A DNA stretch of 63,983 bases, filler included, from Trichomonas gallinae (lineage: Eukaryota), in the NCBI GenBank assembly GCA_008369845.1. It is 7 parts of 7 records of this genome, joined end to end, with 100 filler letters (N's around TTAATTAATTAA, not from the genome) between each part and the next. Parts side by side here need not be neighbours in the genome. Positions count along the whole stretch, not along the records: positions 13,578 to 23,802 come from MRSU01001089.1; positions 23,903 to 35,700 come from MRSU01001090.1; 5 more parts are not named here. The stretch is one strand, 5' to 3'. The notes beneath the pieces were generated by a model. It ran no database searches, was not told the origin of the DNA, and worked only from the letters and a program-made list of their open reading frames with translations. Both the position numbers and the translations under genes were made by a program. Below are positions 20,140-30,451 of this stretch, in pieces (the stretch's first letter is position 1; the number at the start of each line of letters is the position of its first letter).

Positions 20140-20430
20140 TGTCAAATAATCCGTTTTACAAACAAAATCCATTGAAAATAGATTTTTACATGACAAAAAA
20201 TTTGATTTACAAACAAAATTATTTTTTAATGATTTACATAGCAAAAAAATATTTACATACAAAATCAATTGAATTATCTCAATTTTACATGGCAAAAAAT
20301 ATCATTTACATATGATTTTTTTTTTGAATTATTAAATTACATGAATTTTCAAAATTCAAAATTTTACATACAAAATACATTGAATTTTCGATTTTACGCG
20401 TCAAAAACAATTGTTATGACAAATAAAATG
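20140..20430. promoter_or_regulatory. Bidirectional promoter with about 10 TTTACAnnnCAAAA-like motifs
   Basis: TTTACATGACAAAA (20185), TTTACAAACAAAA, TTTACATAGCAAAA, TTTACATACAAAA, TTTACATGGCAAAA, TTTACGCGTCAAAA between divergent genes. Confidence 0.55.
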
Positions 20431-20507
20431 TTTATTTGGCATTTTTTGTTTATTTTTTGACATAGCAAGACTTGTGATATGAAAAAATCACAAAATTTTC
20501 AAAATCC

Positions 20508-23500
20508 ATGGAGGAAAATTCTCCTTTTCTTGCCTTATTACAATCATTAAAATCACCTGACAATGATCTTAGAAGGCAAGCTGAGGAAGAATACTTCAAG
20601 TATATAGAAGCAAATCTTACTCAAGTCTGCGAAAATTTTATAAATATATTAAATACTCCTGATTTAGCGCAATTTTGGAAAACTAGTATTGTACTTCTCG
20701 GAAGGTGTCTTTCAACACAGAAAAATCACATCAAAGACATTTGCGGAATTGATTTTGTTCAAAGACTCACAGAATCAATGCTTCAGTTTCTCCAAAATTC
20801 ATCATACAGTGCAGAAATCAAAGCAAGCATGACAGAATGCCTTATTACATTGATTAAAATTAATTTTAATCTTGAGATGCTTCAAATCCTTCAGCAAATG
20901 GTTGTATCAAAAGATTTAGCTGTTTTTACATCTGCTGTTGACACAATTGTTGGAATTATAAATATTCAAAATATCCAACCAGAAATAATTAATGAAATTG
21001 TGGCAAACACACTTGCTGCACACTCTGAATATCTTGAAGAATCCATTTTAATACCTCTATCACGCTTTATTTTCAATATTTTTATAAAATTCAGATTAGA
21101 AATTTGCAAGCAATTTTCACCAGCATTCATTCAAGCTTTACAATCCTTATCACTAGAATACTTTACAAAATCACTTTGTATTCTTTCAAACTTCACAAAT
21201 TATATTTCAGATATCTTTGAAGAAAATTCTCACAATTTAATTGAAATTATTGTCAGAACTTACCAAAATCAAGAATTTCCACGTGGTATACGTGTTGTTG
21301 CCTTCCAGATACTCGTGGAATTCGGCTTTTCAAGTTTTTCAACGGAACAATTTAATGAAATTCTTCAAATTGTCAAGGAAACAATCTCCCAGATAGAAGA
21401 TGGTGTTGATATAACTAGCGAAGACTACGAAGACAACACGCCAAGAACAGAAACAGAACTTTCTCTTTACCAATTTTTCTCTGGAGCCCAAAAAATACCA
21501 GATTTTTCTGAAATCGTTTTCGGGACAATCCAAGAGTGTTTGCAATCAGAAATATGGCAGTATGTTCGTACCGGTGTTGTATTATTGAATGACTCGTACA
21601 AATTTTTGACAGACAACTACGATAATGAGATTATTGAGTTTATGACAGAATATGCCAACAATGATAATTTAATATTAAGGAGACAAATTTTCTTGACATT
21701 AGAAAAAATGATTAGCAACAAACCTGCAATTGCGACAAATTATGGGCCACAACTCAGCAATATTTTCAGTAATTCCATTGCTGCCTATGCAAGCGAAGAT
21801 GTTTTAAATGCTTACGCAATTTTCTTGAAACACTGTGACGAGTTTTCAGCTAAAGTGGGTATCCTAGACGATTTAATGGGGCTTGTTTCAATCGATGGAA
21901 TATCTGTGCCCAGCTGCCTAAGCTGCATTGCAATTTTATTACCAAAATTGAGACAAATGGAATTGATAGATGACGAAAAAACATATGAGGTCATCGAATT
22001 CGCGAAACAGTTTGTCAACGTTAGCGTTTCTTCATCATTGACTGTTTATTCTTTATCGATTCTCATTTCAGTGATTTCTTCACTCGACAAAGAACTAATT
22101 GCGCAAATACTGGATACTTTAACAAGTGTTTCTCTCGATGAATTAAATCCATCAGATTTCATGATGTTCAATGAATCAATCAAAAGCATTTTTTACTATG
22201 AAGACGATCCTGAAATTCTATCACATATCTTCACAGCAACATCAAATCATGCTTTATCTACTCTTTCTGTTACAAATTATCCTTTAGACGAAGATATTTC
22301 CGCATACGATGGCGTTAAAACATATTATCCTAGATCACAAAACAGCATTGCAGTAGTTCCTTCAGCAGACTTGGACAGATTCATCTGCTCGCTTGAAACA
22401 GTTACTTTCGCTATCAACTTATGCCCTAGTTTTCCACTAGATCTCGCTTTCCAAATCGTTCAGAACGCTTTCAATTACCAGTTCATACCCGAAATTGCTG
22501 ATAATGCTTGCGAAATTGCAACATTCATTATTCCTTTGCTATACTTCAATAACCTCTATAATGAGATCAAACAGATAATATCAGCAGTTGATACTCTTAT
22601 CATCGACATAGAGTACTTAGCTACTACGGCTGGCTTCGTGCAAGATTTCGTCAACGGGCTTGCAAACAAAAATCTTTTTGTCGGCGAAAATGTTGAATTC
22701 GTTCATAACTTTATTATTTCTTGCTGCTCAAGGTTTTCAAATTCATTAGAAGAGAATGACCCATACTTAGAAAAATCTTTCACTGAAGTAGGAAAATTAA
22801 TGGCTGCTTGCATAGAAGGCAGCGAAGAATCAGCTAATTTCTTTAATTCACATAGCGATGAATATTTCCCTATTACAGAAGATGTCGATGAAAATCCACG
22901 AAGAGTTCTAATTGCTGGATCAATATATGCACATGCAGCACTATTAAGAGCTTCTCCTCCACAAGATTTCATCGCAATGCTGAATATGTCTGCTTCGTCA
23001 ACCTCAAATGATATCGTTTTGGCTTCTATCAGTTCAATCGGCAGATATTTAATCTCTGGTGTGTTGAATGGAATCAGCTTTGATGAGTTTGCAAACACAG
23101 CACAGTCTGCTCTTCAAGCACTTGATTGTGCTGAATATGAGGATGAAGTTGAAGAAAAGGGCAGAGAAAAAATCGAAGCGTGGATATCTCTCATACTTGC
23201 ATTTGCAATATCACAAAACCAAGCCTTAAGGAGCGATGTAGAAACCATCCAAGCATTCATGGGCACAGTTGATAAGTCTCCCTTGACAAACTCTAAGATT
23301 CCTTTCATGCTATTTTTGGATATTTTCCAACAATGTAGTTTTGAGCTTCCTTGCGATCCATTCGTGGTTCTTACAGATGTCGCAAAGTGTTATGAATACA
23401 TAAGTGAGAACCTTAACGAACAAAGTCAAAATATTATTCGACAGTTAAGAGAACTTTTGACAAATGAAGCCAATATTGAGGTTGTACAAGAAACTATTGA

Positions 23501-23564
23501 CAACCCTTTATGTTCTGATTCCGTTAGAGAAGAAATTAATGCAATTATTAATGTTGAAGAATAG
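20508..23564 (+). CDS. Importin-beta/karyopherin-like HEAT-repeat protein
   Basis: N-terminal LLQSLKSPDNDLRRQAEEEY typical of importin-4/5, acidic loop, CLQSEIWQYVR HEAT, acidic helical 1018 aa. Confidence 0.7.
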   Translation: MEENSPFLALLQSLKSPDNDLRRQAEEEYFKYIEANLTQVCENFINILNTPDLAQFWKTSIVLLGRCLSTQKNHIKDICGIDFVQRLTESMLQFLQNSSYSAEIKASMTECLITLIKINFNLEMLQILQQMVVSKDLAVFTSAVDTIVGIINIQNIQPEIINEIVANTLAAHSEYLEESILIPLSRFIFNIFIKFRLEICKQFSPAFIQALQSLSLEYFTKSLCILSNFTNYISDIFEENSHNLIEIIVRTYQNQEFPRGIRVVAFQILVEFGFSSFSTEQFNEILQIVKETISQIEDGVDITSEDYEDNTPRTETELSLYQFFSGAQKIPDFSEIVFGTIQECLQSEIWQYVRTGVVLLNDSYKFLTDNYDNEIIEFMTEYANNDNLILRRQIFLTLEKMISNKPAIATNYGPQLSNIFSNSIAAYASEDVLNAYAIFLKHCDEFSAKVGILDDLMGLVSIDGISVPSCLSCIAILLPKLRQMELIDDEKTYEVIEFAKQFVNVSVSSSLTVYSLSILISVISSLDKELIAQILDTLTSVSLDELNPSDFMMFNESIKSIFYYEDDPEILSHIFTATSNHALSTLSVTNYPLDEDISAYDGVKTYYPRSQNSIAVVPSADLDRFICSLETVTFAINLCPSFPLDLAFQIVQNAFNYQFIPEIADNACEIATFIIPLLYFNNLYNEIKQIISAVDTLIIDIEYLATTAGFVQDFVNGLANKNLFVGENVEFVHNFIISCCSRFSNSLEENDPYLEKSFTEVGKLMAACIEGSEESANFFNSHSDEYFPITEDVDENPRRVLIAGSIYAHAALLRASPPQDFIAMLNMSASSTSNDIVLASISSIGRYLISGVLNGISFDEFANTAQSALQALDCAEYEDEVEEKGREKIEAWISLILAFAISQNQALRSDVETIQAFMGTVDKSPLTNSKIPFMLFLDIFQQCSFELPCDPFVVLTDVAKCYEYISENLNEQSQNIIRQLRELLTNEANIEVVQETIDNPLCSDSVREEINAIINVEE

Positions 23565-23586
23565 AAATAAAATTAGAGATATTTTA

Positions 23587-23802
23587 ATGTTTTAGCTGTC
23601 AAATAGGGAAATTTTACAACGTCAAATTGTCAGATATTTTTGAAAAGTGACGGGGTATAAATGACATTGTAAATTTACAAACGTCAAAATTTTAATCAGG
23701 GGGTGCATCCTAATTTAATACCTTAAAGAATACGATTTTGGTTAGCTCCCATCCTCGAACAGTGCAAGAACATCACTGGCTCATTACACTCATTGAGACT
23801 GA
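23587..23802 (+). repeat. Dispersed element, copy 1 (hairpin in 'flop' orientation, truncated by gap)
   Basis: Shares ATGTTTTAGCnGTCAAAT...TTTTACAAnGTCAAATnGTCAGAT, AAAAGTGAC and ACCTTAAAGAATACGATTTTGGTYAGCT with 34627-34865. Confidence 0.85.
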
Positions 23803-23902
23803 NNNNNNNNNNNNNNNNNNNNNNNNNNNNNNNNNNNNNNNNNNNNTTAATTAATTAANNNNNNNNNNNNNNNNNNNNNNNNNNNNNNNNNNNNNNNNNN
23901 NN
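23803..23902. other. Artificial contig linker
   Basis: N44-TTAATTAATTAA-N44. Confidence 0.98.
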
Positions 23903-25294
23903 TATCATAGATCATATTCTAAATTTTGATACTCTCAAAAGTCTATCGTCCCCCTTCGGCTCATTTTTTGTCTCCACTATAATTTGAAATTATTAATGCA
24001 TTAATGGAATTAACATATTTCATTCATTTCCCATGTTCTATTTCTGAAGTTGTAGCCATGATGTAGCAGACAGATATAAAATGTCATTCAAAAAATTTGT
24101 CCATCATCATTTTATAATTGTAATATTTTCATACATGTCAGTAGGACATTCTATATAAACAAAAGAAACACTCATTGTTTAGCCTGTTGAACCAATTCAA
24201 AAATCTTTTGTTAAATGTCCCAGATATGGAGGGATATGGCCCGTTTGATCACACTTTTGATAATAAAATGGTAGATAGGACGAGATAAACATTGAAATAG
24301 GAGTTTTTGAAGAAGTTTTGAATAGATAAATTATTACAGTTCAAAAGTTCTCAGAAATGCATAAAGCGGATCCATACAAATATTTTATATCAGTAAATGT
24401 ATATGAAAATTCCGCTCATTTGAAAAAATATTTTCAAAATTGTAGAAAATTAGCATTTTTAAATCGTTGGTCACACATTAATCATCCATTATAGAGTAAT
24501 ATTATCGAGGTGTCAATATTTGAGTTTTGAAATCAGCCCACAAATTTTTCAATGAGATTTTTATGAACAGCTCGTTTAATATGGTTTCGAAAGTATATGA
24601 ATCCGTTTTATCCAAATTATTTTGATTTTTAACAATTCAATAGATTATTTCAAATATCGCATGACATAATAGACATTTTGATTCCGATGATCAATGATTG
24701 CAAATAAAAAATAAATGTAAATCAAAAACACGTTAATGTTTTTTTCTTAATTTGTTCTGCATTTATTTGCTTGTGCAAACTGAATTATCAAATTTACAAA
24801 ATAAACAGGGCAAAAATATCAATATTTTGTTAACTCAGTGGATAATCGTTATTGCAATATATTCCAATAATATTTTTACTTAAATAAGCACGTTTGAAGC
24901 AGTTACATTCAAAAAATAACTATTAAAATATTATATATATCTATTGCAAAGCACTTTAATACAATAATAAAAATATTGCGCTATTTCAATTTTATAATGT
25001 TTCAATTCCTATCCGCATTCAATCAAAATTAAGCCTAGTATCATATCTCTGTAATATTTTATCGTTAAATAAAATCCAAGTTTCTGTTCTTTTCAAAAGT
25101 TCTCAAAAGAAAAGTCCAATAACGCAATACTTATATTATTTAAACAACACTTCATCTAAACATTTTGAAAGCGTAATTTAAAAATTCAAATCCCTTCACA
25201 AATCATTGAATTTCTATCTTCATGCATTATAATTATCACAGCTTATAGAAAACTATTGGAAAAAATAATTCATTATTTTTTTTATTTTCTTTAA

Positions 25295-26131
25295 ATGGAC
25301 TTGAAAGACTATTATGCACATTTAACTTATTCTGCGCAGCCTCCAAACCTCAGCAGCCCTATTATTCTTATAGCACAGGAGCCATTGGTTGTACAGCCAA
25401 CAATTAAATACGCTTATCTCCAAGAAGCTCCAATACAGCCAATCTGTTACACTCCAGTTCCACAGATGCCGTCCGCTTTTGGGCAGTTTAGCAGAGTTCC
25501 GACACAGTATGCTGTGGGACAAAGCACATTTAGGGTCTCTCCATCGGAACAAAATTTTATTGGTCTTGATGCATCTAAGAGAGTTTCCGTATCCGTTCCT
25601 CAGTTCCAACTAAACGGACAAATCGTCAAAAGGAAGTTTGATGAGCTATGCTCTGATCCAAATGTCAGTCTTAATCCACAAGCTTTAAATTTAATACCAA
25701 CAAGTTTATGGAAACCTGAAAATGTAACATTCGGGTACCTCGTAGCTTTCCATTTCAGAAAGAGAAATTCTTCAAATTCGAAATTTCCGATAAAATTATA
25801 CAATGCACTTCGTATAACAGAACAGTGCCCAGATTTCTTCCCCCACATCGGAGTCAAGTGGGTGACTGATGATGTTATATGGGTAAACCGAGAAACATTC
25901 GCTTGTCTAATTGGCGTGAAAACTGTTGAAGGCGGATTATTCCATCAGCAAGGCAACTTTCCATCCCACGGGTTTGTCGAACTTTCCTTCGAAGAGAGCC
26001 AGATGCTTGCTCATACAGTGAACCTCGGAAGAATCGATTTATCAGTGATGAGATTAGTTCGGCATAAAAATGGAATCTTTAGACGTGGTTGCACGGAACT
26101 TGATATATTCCACTGCCAGTGGAAGGGATAA
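25295..26131 (+). CDS. IBP39/IBD-like winged-helix transcription factor
   Basis: RKRNSSNSKFPIKLYNAL...IGVKWVTDDVIWVNRETFACLIGVK resembles the DNA-binding domain of T. vaginalis IBP39 as recalled (RKSS...RFPRKL...IGLSW). Pro/Gln-rich N-terminus. Confidence 0.65.
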   Translation: MDLKDYYAHLTYSAQPPNLSSPIILIAQEPLVVQPTIKYAYLQEAPIQPICYTPVPQMPSAFGQFSRVPTQYAVGQSTFRVSPSEQNFIGLDASKRVSVSVPQFQLNGQIVKRKFDELCSDPNVSLNPQALNLIPTSLWKPENVTFGYLVAFHFRKRNSSNSKFPIKLYNALRITEQCPDFFPHIGVKWVTDDVIWVNRETFACLIGVKTVEGGLFHQQGNFPSHGFVELSFEESQMLAHTVNLGRIDLSVMRLVRHKNGIFRRGCTELDIFHCQWKG

Positions 26132-26210
26132 TTGTTATTTTGTTTATTTTTTATGCGATTTTTTTTTAGTCATGATAAATTGTTTATTTATGTAACTTTA
26201 TACAAGATAT

Positions 26211-26981
26211 TTATTCCGAACAATTCAAAAGCTGCTTCAAAGACTGTCTATTCTCAGCCAACGTCGAAGAATTAGAATTCTTAGGCATTACTGGGGGCAA
26301 TACTGTTAATATTTGGAGGGAAACAGGAAGGATATCGTTGATGGATGTGTTGATGAATGCTGGTCCCGGTTGGGAGACAGGAGAAGAGATATCAGATTCC
26401 AGTGGTTGTGAGTTCTTTGGTTTGCGACCTCTCTTACGGAGAGGAGGCTCACCACGAGCCATACGCTCTAAACGGCGCTTCAACGTACTATTCCACCTAT
26501 TCTTTACGCAATTATCTGTTCGGCCGTTGAAAAATTTCGCGATTTTGGCCCATGAGTTGCCGTACTGTCCATGAAGACTGATAAGCAAGTTGTCCTCATC
26601 TTCAGTCCAGCTTGCGTGCGTAATATTTGGGTTTAAATGATTGATCCATCTTTCTCTGCATTGCTTTCCTATTCTTCCTGGTAGCATTGCAGCCAGTTTG
26701 GACCAATCTCTATCGCCGTGCTCTTTAATGAACTCAAAGATCTTCTCATCTTCTTCACGCGTCCAAGATCCTTTAACCAAATCAGGTTTGAGCGCTTTAA
26801 TCCATCTACCTGACACCTGAGGTGCTGTTTTATTGGGGAAATTCTTAGCTATTTCGGTCCACTTTATTTGTGAAGTTTTCTGTACGAGATTTGTCAGTAA
26901 CTCGTCTTCCTCTGGTGTCCACACCGCCGCCACAGAGCTATAACTCCTCTGCTTGCGGGATCTAGTAGGGGCGAGCGCCAT
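26211..26981 (-). CDS. R1R2R3 Myb transcription factor
   Basis: Three Myb repeats: WTPEEDELL, KGSWTREED..GRIGKQCRERWINHL, WTEDED..GNSWAKIA..GRTDNCVKNRWNSTL. RKRGRKPK basic motif. Confidence 0.95.
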   Translation of the reverse strand: MALAPTRSRKQRSYSSVAAVWTPEEDELLTNLVQKTSQIKWTEIAKNFPNKTAPQVSGRWIKALKPDLVKGSWTREEDEKIFEFIKEHGDRDWSKLAAMLPGRIGKQCRERWINHLNPNITHASWTEDEDNLLISLHGQYGNSWAKIAKFFNGRTDNCVKNRWNSTLKRRLERMARGEPPLRKRGRKPKNSQPLESDISSPVSQPGPAFINTSINDILPVSLQILTVLPPVMPKNSNSSTLAENRQSLKQLLNCSE

Positions 26982-27379
26982 TCTGGAAAGAAAAATAGCA
27001 TACGTTTACATTTCGACCCAAAAAAAAAGCAAAACGCATCTTTGTTTTTAGATTTACAACCATTCAAATGTTTTCCGCAGAAATTTTTGATTTTTGCAGC
27101 AATTTTGTGGTCTTTATTATATATGGATACAGAATTTAAAGTCAAATTGCTGAAATTTTTGATTTTTGATCAAAATTTAAATAACCTTATTTACGAAAAT
27201 TTGACATTCTAAGGTTATATTTTATTTCGCTGTTTTCTCCATAAAAATAACATTATTACATTGTATGTATCTCAAGGATCACAAAATTTTGATAATATAT
27301 TAAATATTTCCTAAATTTTTATTTGAATTCTCATTATATTATTGATTTAAACCATTGTATAATTGATTTTATTAAACAG

Positions 27380-27965
27380 TTCCTGATAAAGTATGTTGAT
27401 GATTAAGATTCACATGTTTATCATCCTAAAAATCAAAAAATATTCATTGAATAAATAGAGAAATCACGAACGGTTCCAAAATATTAATGTAAAATGCAGG
27501 AATACCAGATGAAGCATGTTATTGATAAAGAGAAACATGTATATCATAATAAAATACATTAATTTTTATTTGAATATGTAGAGAAATCAGGATAAAGCTT
27601 ATAATATTAATATGTTCCGTAGGAGGACATAATAAAGCGTGGTTGTGAGAAAGAGAAACATGTTTATCATAATACAAAATCAAAAGATATTCATTGGATA
27701 AATGTAAATATTAGACGAAAACTCAAATTTTTGGTATATTACGTAGAAATACCTGATCAAACATGTTAATAATAAAGAGGAAAGTGTTCATCATAATAAA
27801 AAATCGAAAGATAATCAATAAACTTGCCGAGATGTCAAATGGAAGCTCAAAATTTTAGTATTTTACGTAGACATGTCATTTATCGCATGTTTATGATAAA
27901 GTGAAACATGTATCTCAATATAAAAATCAAAAGATATTCAATGATTTTATAGAGAAATCAAGAAA
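27380..27965 (+). repeat. Degenerate tandem array, about 4.7 copies of a 123-124 bp unit
   Basis: Anchor ACATGT-like at 27412, 27535, 27658, 27782, 27906. Shared GATAAAGAGAAACATGTTTATCATAAT, AAAATCAAAAGATATTCA and TAGAGAAATCA blocks. Confidence 0.85.
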
Positions 27966-28057
27966 AAATTAAAGAAATAGCTGTGGAAGGCCATAAAATG
28001 CTTAATTATATATATTTAAACAGATTTTTTCAAGTAAAAGAAATTTAAAACGTGACA

Positions 28058-29422
28058 ATGTCAATAGAGAGTCACTCAAAAGAGTGGTTTTCTGTGTTTA
28101 TTGAACAAAACGATCTACCTTCTATTGATCCGATACTCTTCGCATTTATCACTATATATGATAAATCGTCAGAAAAGTACGAATCAGCGATGGCCGAGAT
28201 AGAATTTACTATAGAAGCTGCGTGGAGGTTTACAAACGAATATTCAGAGTATTCTAAACAGTTTTTGAACAACTTCACACATAATTTCGAAATAAAAGAC
28301 CCGATTCAATGTCCTGAAGATATAATATTTTGTTTTAAAGAGATAGACAGGTTACAAGAAGAACTGTTTGAGTTCACTGAACAGTATTTTTCTCAGTGCT
28401 TGGCCACTTTGTCGCAGCTAAATTGTTTTTTAATTTCGTGCAAGGAAAAAAACATTGCAGCATCCATTTCTCTCAATCATTTAAGAGAGTACATGGAACT
28501 AATGTATCGAGGGAATGTTGATTTCTATCATAAATCGCTAAAATATGAATCGCTCAAAGAATTTTTCGAAAGACAAATCAAATTTCCAAAATTACCTACT
28601 ATACCATTAAAGCATCTTCAAGTATGTGCTAGAGATGTTGCCAGAACAGTCAATGAACAACTTGAATATTGCTTACCTTCTTTTTTCGACGATCTTCTCT
28701 ATTTATATATAGTCACCAATAACGAGATAAATCCAATAGATCAAGCCGTACAAGAAGCAATTGATAATAAGACGGATAATGAAATCAAATTAGATCAAGC
28801 GAGTGTGCTGATAATTAGGATCATTAAGAACTTCCAACCTTCTACATTACAGGAGATAGTCGTTTATAGAACATCATTAATGCGAATACTCTTTGATAAA
28901 TTATATCTAAAATATGAATTGCCAGAAGATCAAGAACAGAACCAGAAATTCATTGATTCATGCAATAGAGTGTCTAAAATGACACCACGACAACTTGAAA
29001 TGGTTGAAAAATTCATCAAAGAAGAAGATCGCGACACACCAATCAAAAATATCTTTTCTAACAATGAAATTATCAATGAAAGCTGGAGGTGCTTATCAGA
29101 GATACACTTTTACACGAATCCCTTGGATATTTTGAATTCAGTTTTTAATTCTATGAAAGAATGCGAGAAATACATGTTCCAGAATGCAGAAGGAGTCATA
29201 GATATGGCAAAAGACTCGATTTCATTCGATGATTTCTTCTCTATTTATATAGGAATTGTTGCTGTCCAACCTCCTGCAAATGCAGTCACAATTATGCATT
29301 ATTTGAAACTTATGACCGGATTTAAGATTTCATCTCACATGTCTTATGCAAATGTCGTCTTTACTTCTGTTATTGAAAATTTGATCGAAATAAAATTCAT
29401 CGAGAACACAACAGAACAGTGA
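28058..29422 (+). CDS. VPS9-like domain protein
   Basis: C-terminal EIHFYTNPLDIL...ISFDDFFSIYIGIV...HMSYANVVFTSVI resembles the VPS9 fold motifs (P..KL, ADD.LP, Y..T.F). Confidence 0.5.
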   Translation: MSIESHSKEWFSVFIEQNDLPSIDPILFAFITIYDKSSEKYESAMAEIEFTIEAAWRFTNEYSEYSKQFLNNFTHNFEIKDPIQCPEDIIFCFKEIDRLQEELFEFTEQYFSQCLATLSQLNCFLISCKEKNIAASISLNHLREYMELMYRGNVDFYHKSLKYESLKEFFERQIKFPKLPTIPLKHLQVCARDVARTVNEQLEYCLPSFFDDLLYLYIVTNNEINPIDQAVQEAIDNKTDNEIKLDQASVLIIRIIKNFQPSTLQEIVVYRTSLMRILFDKLYLKYELPEDQEQNQKFIDSCNRVSKMTPRQLEMVEKFIKEEDRDTPIKNIFSNNEIINESWRCLSEIHFYTNPLDILNSVFNSMKECEKYMFQNAEGVIDMAKDSISFDDFFSIYIGIVAVQPPANAVTIMHYLKLMTGFKISSHMSYANVVFTSVIENLIEIKFIENTTEQ

Positions 29423-30451
29423 TTACATGTTATATGTATCAAATATCTACTTCAATTTGATAGTTTTGTAATATTTATTATTTTTGGATAATTTTTTCAT
29501 GGCATTAGACAGATTTTGTATTTAATATTTGATTGCTTATAAGCAGTATATCTTAATATTATGATTTTTCAAATCATTATTGATTAATTTTTTGGCGTTT
29601 GAAATTTAACATCTTTTTTCTTGTTTGTATTTGTAAATATTAATCTATCATTCTAGAATTTTAATTTATCAACGTGCCAAGTCTTAATTACATATATATT
29701 ACTTCATATATTTTTCTTCCATGAAAAATTATGAGACAAAGCCAATTTAGAGAATGAAATTCCATAATGTTGGTAATAAATATGTGAATATATCAAAGTA
29801 ATGACTCATTCGATGATCATTTAAAAATGTTTCAATTACAATGATAATTATACTGGAAAACACTTGAATAGTATTAAATAATGATCGAATGCAAACTAAT
29901 TTGATAGTTGCACTAAGGAAAACAATGGGTTTACGACTTTTTGGCGTCAATACAACCATTTCATGAATAAAATAGCATCGATATTAAAATACAACTACAT
30001 TCTGACAGTAAAAGTGATAAATATGTAAAATAAAACAGCAAATCAATAAATTCACGATTTTTTTGAAGAAAAATGTTCGAATTTCATGGATAAATTCAAG
30101 AAATAACAGAAACAATAGCTATATTTTATTAATGTAGTAGTTAAAGGCTTCATTGGTAAGAGTAAATCAGAGATTATTTGATCTTTTGATAAAAAATATC
30201 TATAACAATTTTTGTCACCATTGTCAACAAAAATTACTCATTAAAACAACATCGACATGCTATAGAATGATTAAAAATGCATAAAAAAGAACCAGAAACG
30301 GAACAAAATTAATCCGAAAAATGCAAAAACTCGAAATTTCTCAACAAAAACATGAAACTCGGATAATACATCCTAAATTGATGTGAAGTCTGAAATAAAA
30401 ATCGAATATGTCAGTTTTTTTGCTTCAATTGGTTTATATTTTTTTTTAGAA

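Noticed and set aside
26983..27003. Possible short 5' intron GTATGC...CAG on the minus strand upstream of the Myb gene
   Set aside because: Only 21 nt and lacks the CTAAC branch-site motif of trichomonad introns
27380..27965. CRISPR-like array interpretation
   Set aside because: The sequences between cores are homologous to each other rather than unique spacers, the repeats are degenerate, there are no cas genes and the context is eukaryotic
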